DNA from: Escherichia phage vB_EcoM_P8
Length of the DNA stretch: 64,000 bases
Strand: one strand, 5' to 3'
Sequence record: PV390659.2
This document shows, in pieces, positions 33,242 through 43,708 of the stretch. The notes beneath the pieces were generated by a model. The model saw only the letters and a list, made by a program, of their open reading frames with translations, was not told the origin of the DNA and ran no database searches. Position 1 is the first letter of the stretch. Each line of letters opens with the position of its first letter. The position numbers and the translations under genes were made by a program.

Positions 33242-33295
33242 TTTACAAGTCCCTCGTGTTGTGTTATAATAATCTTACTGACATAACATGAGGAA
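33241..33295 (+). promoter_or_regulatory. Early promoter plus conserved leader, copy 2
   Basis: GTTTACAAGTCCCTCGTGTTGTGTTATAATAATCTTACTGACATAACATGAGGAA; -10 TATAAT at 33265-33270. Confidence 0.55.
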
Positions 33296-33301
33296 CACAA
33301 A

Positions 33302-33592
33302 ATGAAATCTTCTTTACGCTTTTTAGGTCAAGAACTTGTAGTTGAAGGCGTTATTCCTGCTGATAACGCTTTTAATGAAGCAGTTTACGATGAATTTATC
33401 AAAATTTTTGGAACAGATAAAAAGTTCGGAATTTTTCCTTCTGAAAATTTTTCAAAGCCAGAACAGACTGAAAGCATTTTCCAGGGTGTAGTAACAGGTA
33501 AATTTGAATCAGAAGCTCCGGTAAAAATTGAAGTTTATATTGAAGACAGTTTAGTTGCTTCAGTTGCTGCTTTTATTTCATTCCGTAAATAA
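33302..33592 (+). CDS. Hypothetical protein
   Basis: 96-aa ORF with its own early promoter and SD (GAGGA); followed by a bidirectional terminator. Confidence 0.5.
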   Translation: MKSSLRFLGQELVVEGVIPADNAFNEAVYDEFIKIFGTDKKFGIFPSENFSKPEQTESIFQGVVTGKFESEAPVKIEVYIEDSLVASVAAFISFRK

Positions 33593-33597
33593 AAACA

Positions 33598-33615
33598 TGG
33601 GGACCGAAAGGTCCC
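33598..33615. terminator. Bidirectional terminator between convergent genes
   Basis: GGGGACC-GAAA-GGTCCCC with T-rich runs on both strands; lies between the 33302 ORF (+) and gene 54 (-). Confidence 0.6.
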
Positions 33616-33620
33616 CATTG

Positions 33621-34586
33621 TTATATTGCTCCTAATATTTTACTTTGCGAGTTGACAATTCCCGTCATAGTATTAATGTTTGAAATGCTTCCTGCAGTTC
33701 CTCCTAATCTACTAAGTCGTGAAAGCGAATTAGATAGTCCAGTAACACCTCCACTATTTCCGAGAACGCTTTGAATGCCATTTATAGCAGCAGATTCAAG
33801 CCATTCAAGCGCAGCTTGTCTATCAACTGCTCCAGCCTGCATGACTCTATACGCAAAAGTAACATCAAATGTAGTTATTTGGTTATCTCCATCATATGAT
33901 AACTCAGGAGCACTCACTGACACTGGAATGCATCCGGTGAACATCACAGCAGTATGAGGTAATCCATTACGAGCATGAAGATTAACCTGAATATCTGCCT
34001 CGACATCTTGTGGCAAAGCACGCAATCCAGTTACTGGGTCTTGAACAGCGTTAACCCAGTCTTGCATTGCACGATAGTTACAAGCTTCTGAATCCATCCT
34101 AAATGAAATAACCAAAGGGTCTAATTCTCTCCCAGTTATACGAATATTAGGAGAATTATAGTTCCAGTCAGTTTCATAGGATAATCTATTCTCTGGCATT
34201 TTTACGGAATATATCATCAATCCAGATGAGTTATATGCCATGTTAAAGAAGTCAATTAAATATGTACCAACTGTAAATGAGCCCAATAAACTTTGAACTG
34301 TACGTTGACTCATGGCACCAATAAGATATTTACTAACCCCTGATTTTCTTATCAGTTTTTGTGTGCCAGCGGTAATTAGCGTGGTAATTCCCTGATTAAT
34401 ATCGCCTTGAGTCAATCCTAACCAATCTGAATTTAGACCCAAGTTATTATAAGAAAAGTTGCTAATTGAACTTATCAACGAAGAGCTTTTAGTTGATGGA
34501 GTTGTCGCAAAAACGCAGCTAAACATATTATTACGTTGGAAATCTGCGTTTATTGCTTGATTATTAAATTCCTCTAAAGAATACAT
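33621..34586 (-). CDS. 54: Baseplate tail-tube initiator gp54
   Basis: 321 aa; size and position upstream of 48-29-28-27-51 as in T4. Confidence 0.8.
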   Translation of the reverse strand: MYSLEEFNNQAINADFQRNNMFSCVFATTPSTKSSSLISSISNFSYNNLGLNSDWLGLTQGDINQGITTLITAGTQKLIRKSGVSKYLIGAMSQRTVQSLLGSFTVGTYLIDFFNMAYNSSGLMIYSVKMPENRLSYETDWNYNSPNIRITGRELDPLVISFRMDSEACNYRAMQDWVNAVQDPVTGLRALPQDVEADIQVNLHARNGLPHTAVMFTGCIPVSVSAPELSYDGDNQITTFDVTFAYRVMQAGAVDRQAALEWLESAAINGIQSVLGNSGGVTGLSNSLSRLSRLGGTAGSISNINTMTGIVNSQSKILGAI

Positions 34587-35680
34587 TAAAAAGTCCCCGC
34601 ATATAAAGAAGCACGGTTTAACGTGATAATTTCTCTCATAGTAATCTCAAGAGTAAATGTACTAGGGAGGTTTGGAGCAATAGCTAATCCGTTAAAGTTA
34701 CCATTAGGCGTTTTATCAAATCTGATGCTTTGTATTTGGCATGGGCCAAATATTTCCGTTTTTCCATCAAACTTAGATGTTGCACCAAAGTTTTTCACCA
34801 TCCAAATTGTCGGGTTTGAAACTACTAGGACGTTAGTTAAACTCGATGTCATTTTCTCAAATAGTGTTTTATTTTTAGCTGCGTCTTCCGGAGATAAAGG
34901 TTCAATTAACGTAGAACGATACCAATCGTCTAAATACCCCTTTATTTCAGCAGCATATTGAGATTTACCCGTTTCACCATAAGAAAAATAGTTAAAATAT
35001 TGATAGATATTAATAATAGCCATTAAATCTTCTGTGGAACGTGGAGTCAAATCCCATGTAAACACTTTAGTTCTATTCTCAGCACCACCATACATACTTC
35101 TGGCTGTCGTATAAATCTGTTCATTATTATCAGCCATTATACCTTGTGTTATACTTTCCAGTGCCCCAAATACTGCAGTTGAAGCAATATTACTTAGCAC
35201 ACCAGTAGCAGTACCTCCGCCTCTGCTGATAAGACTTTCTTGAACATCATTAAATCTATGTGATGATGTATCAACATCGGATTTAGATCTTGGTAAAAGA
35301 ATATTTGCAACAGGTGCTTTACTTATTGTTCCTGAATTATTATCTGATATTAATCCATTTGACAGTTTTGATACTGTATTACTGATAGTGTTTCTGGCTG
35401 TACGTAAAATACTCGAAGATGAAGAAGAGTAGTTAGATCTCATCGATCTAAGACTTCCAGAATCCCTAGATGACATATTGTATGCAGTAAATAATAATCC
35501 ATTCTTATATAGATCTGTTACCTGGAAGTCCCCTGTAGTGTCATTACCACTAGCACGCCCAGTTGGAAACTGGGCAGTGTATGTTTTAGTTGCTACTTCT
35601 GATTTAGTACTCTGCCCGGCTGAAATTTTCTCACCGGACTTTTTAATTAAATCAGCAGTTATTTCTTTAACAATTGCCAT
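34586..35680 (-). CDS. 48: Baseplate tail-tube cap gp48
   Basis: 364 aa, equal to T4 gp48; synteny. Confidence 0.8.
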   Translation of the reverse strand: MAIVKEITADLIKKSGEKISAGQSTKSEVATKTYTAQFPTGRASGNDTTGDFQVTDLYKNGLLFTAYNMSSRDSGSLRSMRSNYSSSSSSILRTARNTISNTVSKLSNGLISDNNSGTISKAPVANILLPRSKSDVDTSSHRFNDVQESLISRGGGTATGVLSNIASTAVFGALESITQGIMADNNEQIYTTARSMYGGAENRTKVFTWDLTPRSTEDLMAIINIYQYFNYFSYGETGKSQYAAEIKGYLDDWYRSTLIEPLSPEDAAKNKTLFEKMTSSLTNVLVVSNPTIWMVKNFGATSKFDGKTEIFGPCQIQSIRFDKTPNGNFNGLAIAPNLPSTFTLEITMREIITLNRASLYAGTF

Positions 35681-35688
35681 ATTATTCC

Positions 35689-37461
35689 TTAATTAACTCC
35701 AGTCGCATCAAATACACCAGGAGCAGTTGTACTCGTAACAGGTGTCATATTATGAACGACAGTATTTTTCTTAATAACATTATTAGTATTATTGATTGAA
35801 GGAGATGCTTGTTGAACAGGAGCTTGCTGTGCTTTGTTCTTTTCTATTACCTGGACTTGTTTTGCTTCTGGCGATTTAGCAGAAGTTTCAGGCTTGGCGT
35901 TAGGCTGATTTTTCTTGAGCTCTTGATAAGTAGCATCAATTTTAGAAAATCTAGCAGCAAGTTCTTTTTTAACTGCCGGTGAATTATTTAAATCCGGGTC
36001 ATCCATCCGTTTTTTAAGGTCTTCATAGGCAGCTTCAACTGATTTAACTGTTGAGTCTTTACTCATATCAGCTGAATCAGCATATTTTTCAAAGCGAATC
36101 ATCGCGGCACGCGCTTCATTAGCCTTCATTAAAGCATTTTTTCTTTCTTCAGGTGAAAGTTGCTTTAATTTTTCTTCTTCTGCTGCACGTTCTTCGTCGG
36201 TAGTTAGTGCTTCTTTATTATCAACGCCACGAATCCAGTTAGATGCACGAGTTTTCCAATTAGCAATTTTATCTAATCCTTTTGCTATCGGACCAAGGTC
36301 TCCATTCATTCGTTTATCTTGATAATTTGCAACTTTTTCCTGGTCTTCTTTATTGAGAGATGCTCCAGTAGAATTTTGGAAATTTTCTAGCGCTCTTCCT
36401 TCTACTTCATCAGCGGTATCCTTCATACCAGGAATAACTCGAAGAATTGCCGCAGATAATTTAGCCATTCCAAGCTGAATAAGTTCTCCTAAATTATAAA
36501 GAACCTTTCCAAGCCCTTCTACAATAGCTACTGTCAATCCGCCCCAATCTCCAGCTTCCCAGAATTTTTTAATTTCATCAATAGAACTAAAGATGCTCTG
36601 TAATAAAGGACCCCATGTTCCAGTTTCGCTAGAGAATTTAGTAAAGTCTGTACTAAACAAATCCCAAGCCTGTGAAAATTTATCTGACCAATATTTGAAA
36701 TGAACCATCAGCAGGTCTATTCCGACAACAACAGCCAATATCATTGCTGTCATTTTAGCAGCTTCAATAGCAGCACTGACGGTATACTTAAATAGCATGC
36801 TTGATATTTTATCAGTAATTGAAATAGATTTCTTAAATCCGAAATCAACAGTCTTTGTTAATTTATCTAAAGCTTGAGATAATTTTAAGTTAAATGCGTC
36901 TTTTTTCTGTTTTTCTTCTGGCGATTCTTGTTTAGGTTCAACTGGCTGAGGGGTAGGGAAAAAATCAGCATCAGGATCATTATTAACTGCTTCAGGAGCT
37001 GGTAATAAAGGACCCACAGATTCAGCTGTATCATCCTCAACAACTTTAACAGGAATAGCGCTTTCGACTGTGGCTAAACTAGTTCCTGTTTGTTGAATTC
37101 CGGCTGTCTGGATTTTTTGCTCGAGTAAACTGGTTAATTTATCTAATTTGCTCCCGAGTGATTCACCGATTTCTTTATTAATATTGTTGCCAATTTCGAC
37201 AGTTTCAGCAATTAACTCAGAACCAGCAGTAGTATCACTCACTGCGCTTTCTACATTGTCAATTGCTCCAATTATTTCATTCGATTTTTCTTCGACAGTT
37301 TGAGCAATTAATTCAGAAGCAGCTTGAGCATCATCCAATTTCGTAGATATATCGTTAAGTCCAGATAAAGTGTTAGAAGCGGATTTAGCCGCTTCCTGTG
37401 TTGGTTTATTATCTGAAATAACTTTTCTACGCATCGTTTGCATTTCTTGTGGCTTTTTCAT
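35689..37461 (-). CDS. 29: Baseplate hub / tail length tape-measure protein gp29
   Basis: 590 aa, equal to T4 gp29; low-complexity helical regions. Confidence 0.85.
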   Translation of the reverse strand: MKKPQEMQTMRRKVISDNKPTQEAAKSASNTLSGLNDISTKLDDAQAASELIAQTVEEKSNEIIGAIDNVESAVSDTTAGSELIAETVEIGNNINKEIGESLGSKLDKLTSLLEQKIQTAGIQQTGTSLATVESAIPVKVVEDDTAESVGPLLPAPEAVNNDPDADFFPTPQPVEPKQESPEEKQKKDAFNLKLSQALDKLTKTVDFGFKKSISITDKISSMLFKYTVSAAIEAAKMTAMILAVVVGIDLLMVHFKYWSDKFSQAWDLFSTDFTKFSSETGTWGPLLQSIFSSIDEIKKFWEAGDWGGLTVAIVEGLGKVLYNLGELIQLGMAKLSAAILRVIPGMKDTADEVEGRALENFQNSTGASLNKEDQEKVANYQDKRMNGDLGPIAKGLDKIANWKTRASNWIRGVDNKEALTTDEERAAEEEKLKQLSPEERKNALMKANEARAAMIRFEKYADSADMSKDSTVKSVEAAYEDLKKRMDDPDLNNSPAVKKELAARFSKIDATYQELKKNQPNAKPETSAKSPEAKQVQVIEKNKAQQAPVQQASPSINNTNNVIKKNTVVHNMTPVTSTTAPGVFDATGVN

Positions 37462-37991
37462 TCAAATAATCCAATAATATTGCCAATTCCGGTTATTGGA
37501 CCATTAGGGCCAGGAATTGCTAAAGTTGTAAAAATATCATTTGCCCATTTTAAAACGAATGCTGGCATCTCAAGAAAATTAATTTCTTTAACTTCATCAT
37601 TGACCTTAAGCAAGCATTTGGATAACATATCGCTCACAGTTAAAAATTGTTCAAATTTTCCAGGAGGTCTAAAATAAAATGTATTTCCTTGGTATTGAAA
37701 TTCTAATCTTTGGCATACATAAACATCATTAATGTCATAAGTATAACCATCTATTTCTTTACGAGATTTAATCTTTCCATTAAATTCCAATAAATGAATA
37801 GAAACGAAATCAACTTCTGCCGGTGATAAATTTGGACAAATAGAATCAATAAGAAGTTTTAAATTTTCATCAGGACCTTTAACATCTTTTAAAATGTTAT
37901 AGTGTTTAAGACCCATTTTAGGAATAGAAACTTCTTTATTGCTTATTGGAAGAACTACTTTCTTCAGTGGTAGTATCAGATTTAAATTCAT
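37458..37991 (-). CDS. 28: Baseplate hub distal subunit gp28
   Basis: 177 aa, equal to T4 gp28; overlaps gp27 3' end. Confidence 0.8.
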   Translation of the reverse strand: MNLNLILPLKKVVLPISNKEVSIPKMGLKHYNILKDVKGPDENLKLLIDSICPNLSPAEVDFVSIHLLEFNGKIKSRKEIDGYTYDINDVYVCQRLEFQYQGNTFYFRPPGKFEQFLTVSDMLSKCLLKVNDEVKEINFLEMPAFVLKWANDIFTTLAIPGPNGPITGIGNIIGLFE

Positions 37992-39111
37992 TTTTAACCT
38001 TAACTGGATCTATTGTTTCCAGTTTCGTTGCATTAGTGAACATATATAGATGAGTTACTGAATTATTATTGGATAATTCATGGATGACTTCATCAACGTA
38101 AAATTCTGTTTTAAATTGGTTTTTACTATCATTAAAAATAATTTTAACGCCAGGGGTTAAGTTAAAATTACCGACAGTAGAACATTTAGCATAGCCATCG
38201 TATTGCGCCATAGTTTGAAGACGAATAGCTTCTTCATATCCATTCCTATAAGTCATTTCAGAATAAGCACCTGACCTTGACACTACAATAGAGTTTTCGC
38301 CCTTTCCTGTAGTAATCATTGGCAATGAAGAATCTAAAAATGAATGCGCATAGATAGTAGCGTTTTTCATTGGGTCACGTTTGTGAGGATTTGATTTAGT
38401 CAACCAAACGAAATCATATGCTAATGGATATTTTAATTCTTGGATAAATTGACCTATTAAAGATGGCTCACCGACAATCATCGGATACGGTTCTTGATTT
38501 ATCATCATATCATAGTCCATCATGTTAACTCCCATGATGTCTTGCCACACAAATACAAATTTGTCACTTCCTACAGCTAGAGCAACTTCTCTGACATATG
38601 ACAAATAGTTTTCAAATGTACTAGTCCACGGAATATCAGGAACATAAGCATTTATAGCATTTATTGCTGGAGTTAATAACGTGCGATCCTGATAAATGAC
38701 ACCAAGCATTTCCTTTATAGATTCACCTGCATCAGAGAAAAACGGTCTGCCAAATTTAAGATTTTCTATAGAATGAATAGTTCCCAATTCAATAGCAATG
38801 ATGTTATCACCCTTTGAATCTACTGACACGGAAAAATGCTTACATCCATAAATTCTTGTTTTAACATTATTAATATCGTTTGCATTAGCTACAGAAATCT
38901 GAATTATTTCATTTCCATCCATTTTTGTATGGATGTTTTTAGAATCATAAAACTGCAGCATTCCTTCATTTCGGCCATAAAGAGAATCCCGCATAGTTAA
39001 TGTGGTAATAGTAGCAGCTAATTCAACAAATCTATTATTACTCCAAGCGTCATAGCTATCAAATAATTTAACGCTGAGATTTGGATATCCTGGGCGTTGC
39101 AACATACTCAT
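37936..39111 (-). CDS. 27: Baseplate hub subunit gp27
   Basis: 391 aa, equal to T4 gp27. Confidence 0.85.
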   Translation of the reverse strand: MSMLQRPGYPNLSVKLFDSYDAWSNNRFVELAATITTLTMRDSLYGRNEGMLQFYDSKNIHTKMDGNEIIQISVANANDINNVKTRIYGCKHFSVSVDSKGDNIIAIELGTIHSIENLKFGRPFFSDAGESIKEMLGVIYQDRTLLTPAINAINAYVPDIPWTSTFENYLSYVREVALAVGSDKFVFVWQDIMGVNMMDYDMMINQEPYPMIVGEPSLIGQFIQELKYPLAYDFVWLTKSNPHKRDPMKNATIYAHSFLDSSLPMITTGKGENSIVVSRSGAYSEMTYRNGYEEAIRLQTMAQYDGYAKCSTVGNFNLTPGVKIIFNDSKNQFKTEFYVDEVIHELSNNNSVTHLYMFTNATKLETIDPVKVKNEFKSDTTTEESSSSNKQ

Positions 39112-39860
39112 TATTGTTTATCCTTCTCAATCAGTTTTAATACGAATCCGCGCTCAGCAGGAATCATTTTCATTATTGAATTTAAGCTATAATTACTTTT
39201 TACAAGCGTGTGATTAATTTGATAAAAAGTAAATATTTCATCTGGGTTAACTAATAGCTTAAACACATCTACTATATCAGTGTATTTTTTTACATACTTG
39301 TCACAACAGGACATGTGTAGCGTTAAATTAATAGGATTCATTGCATCAAGAATTTTTTCTAATGTTTCTATCTCGATTGCATCAACAAGTTCTATTTGAC
39401 TTGATTCGCTAATTTCCTTCCAATCATACCATGTTTCATCTACTTGAACAGAATGAATATTTTCAGTAATCATCTTTGCTTTATTTTCATAAAACTCAGA
39501 AGGAAACTTTAATTTAATTTTAACATTAGCTACATCAAAAACAGGTTCCTTTAATTCTTTTTGATATATTTCAAATGGAACTGTCTTTTCTTTTTTACAT
39601 TTTGGACATACAAATGTGACCGGTACTTTAGTTTTACCTATTGACCCTACAAATACCTGCAAAAATATAAATGGTTGCCAAGTCTTCGGATAGTCTCCAA
39701 AATAATCAGCAATTAAATCAGCAATTATTTCTTTTTGTTCTTGTGGTGACCGATGTTCTATATCGTTTCGAACTAACAAAAAATCTCGATAATCTTCTAC
39801 CGTAAATGGTTTAAAACGATGAACACCATCTGGTAATTTACAACGAATAATGTTTGCCAT
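39111..39860 (-). CDS. 51: Baseplate hub assembly protein gp51
   Basis: 249 aa, equal to T4 gp51; divergent from gene 26. Confidence 0.8.
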   Translation of the reverse strand: MANIIRCKLPDGVHRFKPFTVEDYRDFLLVRNDIEHRSPQEQKEIIADLIADYFGDYPKTWQPFIFLQVFVGSIGKTKVPVTFVCPKCKKEKTVPFEIYQKELKEPVFDVANVKIKLKFPSEFYENKAKMITENIHSVQVDETWYDWKEISESSQIELVDAIEIETLEKILDAMNPINLTLHMSCCDKYVKKYTDIVDVFKLLVNPDEIFTFYQINHTLVKSNYSLNSIMKMIPAERGFVLKLIEKDKQ

Positions 39861-39878
39861 AGATGCTCCTTTTATTCT

Positions 39879-39890
39879 ATTTATAAATAT
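39879..39890. promoter_or_regulatory. Overlapping divergent late promoters for genes 51 (-) and 26 (+)
   Basis: Palindromic TATTTATAAATA: TATAAATA on + (39883-39890) and on - (39879-39886) in the 50-bp divergent gap. Confidence 0.55.
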
Positions 39891-39910
39891 GATAAATAAA
39901 GGAGCTAAAT

Positions 39911-40537
39911 ATGTATGAATACAAATTTGATGTGAGAGTTGGTTCTAAAATAATCAACTGTCGCGCATTTACTCTTAAAGAATATCTAGAACTTATTACT
40001 GCTAAAAAGAACGGTTCAGTAGAAGAGATCGTTAAAAAGCTAATCAAAGACTGTACAAATGCAAAAGATTTAAACCGCCAAGAATCAGAACTACTATTGA
40101 TTCATTTATGGGCACATTCTCTTGGAGAAGTTAATCACGAAAACTCCTGGAAGTGCACCTGCGGAACTGAAATACCAACCCATATAAATCTATTACATAC
40201 ACAAATAGATGCACCAGAAGACCTCTGGTATACACTGGGTGACATTAAAATTAAGTTCCATTACCCTAAAATTTTTGATGATAAAAACATAGCCCACATG
40301 ATAGTATCATGTATAGAAACAATTCATGCTAACGGTGAAAGCATTCCAATTGAAGACTTGAATGAAAAAGAGTTGGAAGATTTATATTCTATCATCACAG
40401 AGTCAGATATTGTAGCTATAAAAGATATGCTTTTAAAGCCTACTGTTTATTTGGCTGTTCCAATTAAGTGTCCAGAGTGTGGAAAAACTCACGCTCATGT
40501 AATAAGAGGACTCAAAGAATTCTTTGAGCTATTGTAA
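39911..40537 (+). CDS. 26: Baseplate hub subunit gp26
   Basis: 208 aa, equal to T4 gp26. Confidence 0.8.
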   Translation: MYEYKFDVRVGSKIINCRAFTLKEYLELITAKKNGSVEEIVKKLIKDCTNAKDLNRQESELLLIHLWAHSLGEVNHENSWKCTCGTEIPTHINLLHTQIDAPEDLWYTLGDIKIKFHYPKIFDDKNIAHMIVSCIETIHANGESIPIEDLNEKELEDLYSIITESDIVAIKDMLLKPTVYLAVPIKCPECGKTHAHVIRGLKEFFELL

Positions 40538-40935
40538 TGGCAAATATTAATAAGCTTTATTCTGACATTGACCCAGAAATGAAAATGGATTGGGACAAAG
40601 ACGTTTCCAGATCTCTTGGATTAAGGTCAATTAAAAATAGTCTTTTAGGAATTATTACAACCAGGAAAGGGTCAAGGCCATTTGACCCAGAATTTGGATG
40701 CGATTTATCTGATCAGCTTTTTGAGAATATGACTCCTCTTACTGCTGATACTGTTGAGCGTAACATTGAAAGCGCAGTAAGAAACTACGAGCCACGTATT
40801 GATAAATTAGCAGTTAATGTAATACCAGTTTATGATGATTATACTCTGATAGTAGAAATACGCTTTTCGGTCATCGATAACCCTGATGATATTGAGCAGA
40901 TAAAACTACAACTGGCTTCCAGTAACAGAGTATAA
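40537..40935 (+). CDS. 25: Baseplate wedge subunit gp25
   Basis: 132 aa, [22 protein letters not shown]...; matches T4 gp25. Confidence 0.85.
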   Translation: MANINKLYSDIDPEMKMDWDKDVSRSLGLRSIKNSLLGIITTRKGSRPFDPEFGCDLSDQLFENMTPLTADTVERNIESAVRNYEPRIDKLAVNVIPVYDDYTLIVEIRFSVIDNPDDIEQIKLQLASSNRV

Positions 40936-40961
40936 TGCTTCACGTATAAACGTGGTATAAT
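40936..40961 (+). promoter_or_regulatory. MotA-dependent middle promoter upstream of uvsY
   Basis: MotA box TGCTTCA (40936-40942), 13-bp spacer, TATAAT (40956-40961), ~40 nt upstream of uvsY ATG. Confidence 0.55.
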
Positions 40962-41001
40962 GAATCTAAGTCCATCCAATAACAACTGAATAGAGAACAA
41001 T

Positions 41002-41415
41002 ATGAAATTAGAAGATCTTCAAGAAGAATTGAAGAAAGATGTGTTTATAGATTCGACTAAATTACAGTATGAAGCAGCTAATAATGTGATGTTATATAGT
41101 AAATGGCTTAATAAGCATTCAAGTATTAAAAAGGAAATGCTTAGAATTGAAGCACAGAAAAAAGTTGCTCTTAAAGCTAAATTAGACTACTACTCGGGAC
41201 GAGGAGATGGTGATGAATTTAGTATGGATCGTTATGAGAAATCAGAAATGAAGACAGTTCTATCAGCTGATAAGGATGTTTTAAAAGTTGATACTTCATT
41301 ACAATATTGGGGAATTTTATTAGATTTCTGTAGCGGAGCTCTTGATGCTATTAAATCACGTGGATTTGCTATTAAGCATATTCAAGACATGCGAGCATTT
41401 GAGGCTGGAAAATAA
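41002..41415 (+). CDS. uvsY: Recombination mediator UvsY
   Basis: 137 aa, MKLEDLQEELKKDVFIDSTKLQYEAANN...; MotA-type middle promoter upstream. Confidence 0.9.
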   Translation: MKLEDLQEELKKDVFIDSTKLQYEAANNVMLYSKWLNKHSSIKKEMLRIEAQKKVALKAKLDYYSGRGDGDEFSMDRYEKSEMKTVLSADKDVLKVDTSLQYWGILLDFCSGALDAIKSRGFAIKHIQDMRAFEAGK

Positions 41416-41639
41416 TGAAATATAGCATTGATGATGCTTTTAATTATGAAGAAGAATTCGAAACGGAAATTCAATTCTTAATGAAAAAATATAATCTCAA
41501 GCGTCAGGATATTCGTATCCTGGCCGACCACCCATGCGGTGAAGATGTACTTTATATTAAAGGAAAATTTGCCGGATATCTTGATGAATATTTTTATTCT
41601 AAAGATATGGGCATTGATATGCATATGAGAGTTATATAA
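41415..41639 (+). CDS. Hypothetical protein (uvsY.-1-like)
   Basis: 74-aa ORF; start overlaps uvsY stop. Confidence 0.5.
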   Translation: MKYSIDDAFNYEEEFETEIQFLMKKYNLKRQDIRILADHPCGEDVLYIKGKFAGYLDEYFYSKDMGIDMHMRVI

Positions 41640-41667
41640 ATAGATATATAATTTAGAGGAGACAATC

Positions 41668-41835
41668 ATGTCAGATAAGATTTGTGTTGTCTGTAAAACT
41701 CCAATCGATTCTGCATTGGTTGTTGAAACAGACAAAGGTCCTGTACATCCTGGGCCTTGCTATAATTACATTAAAGAACTACCAGTTTCAGAAAGTTCGG
41801 AAGAACAATTAAATGAAACACAACTTTTGCTATAG
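41668..41835 (+). CDS. Hypothetical small Cys-containing protein (uvsY.-2-like)
   Basis: 55-aa ORF (MSDKICVVCKTPIDS...) with SD GAGGAG upstream; below the 60-aa cutoff of the ORF track. Confidence 0.4.
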   Translation: MSDKICVVCKTPIDSALVVETDKGPVHPGPCYNYIKELPVSESSEEQLNETQLLL

Positions 41836-41857
41836 TGTGACCTTTAGTCTATAGTTT

Positions 41858-41886
41858 TGGCCCTTCCTTTTTGGTTGGGCCTTTTT
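41858..41886. terminator. Hairpin between convergent uvsY.-2 and uvsW.1
   Basis: GGCCC ... GGGCC stem with a long loop followed by TTTTTT. Confidence 0.4.
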
Positions 41887-41890
41887 TAAT

Positions 41891-42121
41891 TTAAAAGCTT
41901 TCTTCTACTTCATCGTCTGAATCTTCTAATTCAGCTCTTTTTCCTGCCAAAGCATCTCTAACTGAGATGTCATCAGTATCTTTTAATTCAGTTTCTTTAA
42001 CTCTTTTCTTATAATAAGCTTCAAGTTCTTCTAGACCCTCTAATGTTTGACAAGAGGCAATTTTACCCATAAATTCATCAATAGAAGCTTCATAAAGAAA
42101 TTGTTTAAATTCTAGTAACAT
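41891..42121 (-). CDS. uvsW.1: UvsW.1 small protein
   Basis: 76 aa from the ATG at 42121 (MLLEFKQFLYEA...), SD GGAG upstream on - strand; ORF-track start at 42133 is a TTG extension. Confidence 0.6.
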   Translation of the reverse strand: MLLEFKQFLYEASIDEFMGKIASCQTLEGLEELEAYYKKRVKETELKDTDDISVRDALAGKRAELEDSDDEVEESF

Positions 42122-42146
42122 CTTTTTCTCCAAAGGGCCGAAGCCC

Positions 42147-43658
42147 TTATAAATTAACTGTTTTCATTACGTAATTAAATTTTTCATCTGCGTATCGCTG
42201 AATACGATCAATGCCGTGTTTTAAAAGATAGTTCAAATGAACATATTTCTTTTTCGTATTAGCAGATTTTGGCTTAACACCACAATCATCGATGAGGTCC
42301 CAGACCGTTGCGATTGTTTTAGAACCATGCTTACGTAATACGCGACCTATTGTTTGCAATACAATAATTTTAGATTTAACGCCGTGCGCTAAAACAACGT
42401 GATGCAGATTTTTAACTGAAATACCAGTAGAAAATACACCATAACTAGCTACTATAATTATTCCTTTACCGTTTTCAGCTAGGGTTTTCATTACATTGCG
42501 CGTTTCAGTATCAACTTCTCCTGATACGTAATAAACTTTATCGTATTCATTTTTAATTAAATCGAAAATAGCTTTACCATGTGATACATGCTTAAACATG
42601 ACAAAAGCGTTTTCATCTTTTTGTGCAAGTTTAATAGCTAATTTAGCGATCCATTTATTTCTTTTACTGAGCCCAGTAATAATTTTTATTTCTTCTTGGT
42701 AAGTTTTTCCCTTTAATTTAGTAGTGAACTCATCGGGATAGCGAAGAAAAATACTATTAATTTTTAACTCAGTTACTTGTCCATCTTCCATTAATTTAGA
42801 AGTCGTTACTGGTTTAAATATTTCACCAAACATTCCAACATACTGCATGATATTAGCTTTGCCATCACGCAATGAACCTGATAGACCAAATTTAAACATG
42901 CAGTTATTTAAACCTGATATGATAGATGAAATACTTTTTCCTGTGGCAAGATGGCATTCATCATTCATCATCATTCCAAACTGTGAGAACCATTCTTTTG
43001 GTTGTTTTACTACAGTTTGCCATGTACCAACAATTACCGGTGCATCATTTTTATATTTATCATCTTTTGATGCTCCGCCACCAATTTTCTTTATCATTGC
43101 ATGACTGAATAAACGATAATCAACAAAGTCATCAGCCATCTGAGTTGTCAGAGCAGTTGTTGGAACAATGATAAGAATTTTACCTTCATAATTTTCCAAA
43201 TAATAACGTGCAAGCAAAGCTTGAATTAAAGATTTACCTGCGGATGTTGGAAGATTAAGAATTCTACGACGATTAACTAATCCTTCGAACACTGCATCTT
43301 TTTGATACCAATGCGGTTCAATTCTTTTATTTCCTGAATGGATTTCTAATTTAGAAATCCATTCATCAAAATCTTTTCTTGATAATTCTTCTTTTTCGTT
43401 AATTTGTGGGTCAATCCAGGCTTTATAGCCAAAGTTATCACAGAACTTTTTAATTTGCCCGACTAAGCCGAACGGAAGAAGGCGATTATAATCTAAAAGA
43501 CGGATTCGTCCATCCCAGTGACCATATTTGTATTTCGGATTAAAACGATACCCTTCAGCTTCAAAGCTAAAGAAATCACGGAGTTCATGAAATGTACTTT
43601 CTTCACAATCAATTCTCACGTGACTAAAATCATAAAAATGTACTTTAATGTCAGTCAT
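42147..43658 (-). CDS. uvsW: UvsW DNA/RNA helicase (SF2)
   Basis: 503 aa; helicase motifs (Walker A-like TSAGKS, DECH box). Confidence 0.9.
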   Translation of the reverse strand: MTDIKVHFYDFSHVRIDCEESTFHELRDFFSFEAEGYRFNPKYKYGHWDGRIRLLDYNRLLPFGLVGQIKKFCDNFGYKAWIDPQINEKEELSRKDFDEWISKLEIHSGNKRIEPHWYQKDAVFEGLVNRRRILNLPTSAGKSLIQALLARYYLENYEGKILIIVPTTALTTQMADDFVDYRLFSHAMIKKIGGGASKDDKYKNDAPVIVGTWQTVVKQPKEWFSQFGMMMNDECHLATGKSISSIISGLNNCMFKFGLSGSLRDGKANIMQYVGMFGEIFKPVTTSKLMEDGQVTELKINSIFLRYPDEFTTKLKGKTYQEEIKIITGLSKRNKWIAKLAIKLAQKDENAFVMFKHVSHGKAIFDLIKNEYDKVYYVSGEVDTETRNVMKTLAENGKGIIIVASYGVFSTGISVKNLHHVVLAHGVKSKIIVLQTIGRVLRKHGSKTIATVWDLIDDCGVKPKSANTKKKYVHLNYLLKHGIDRIQRYADEKFNYVMKTVNL

Positions 43659-43708
43659 GTCTAAATACCATGTAATAAATATATCTATATTTATACTGAG
43701 GAAATATT

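Noticed and set aside
42122-42133. TTG start for uvsW.1 (ORF-track start 42133).
   Set aside because: ATG at 42121 is preceded by GGAG at good spacing and gives the expected 76-aa product.
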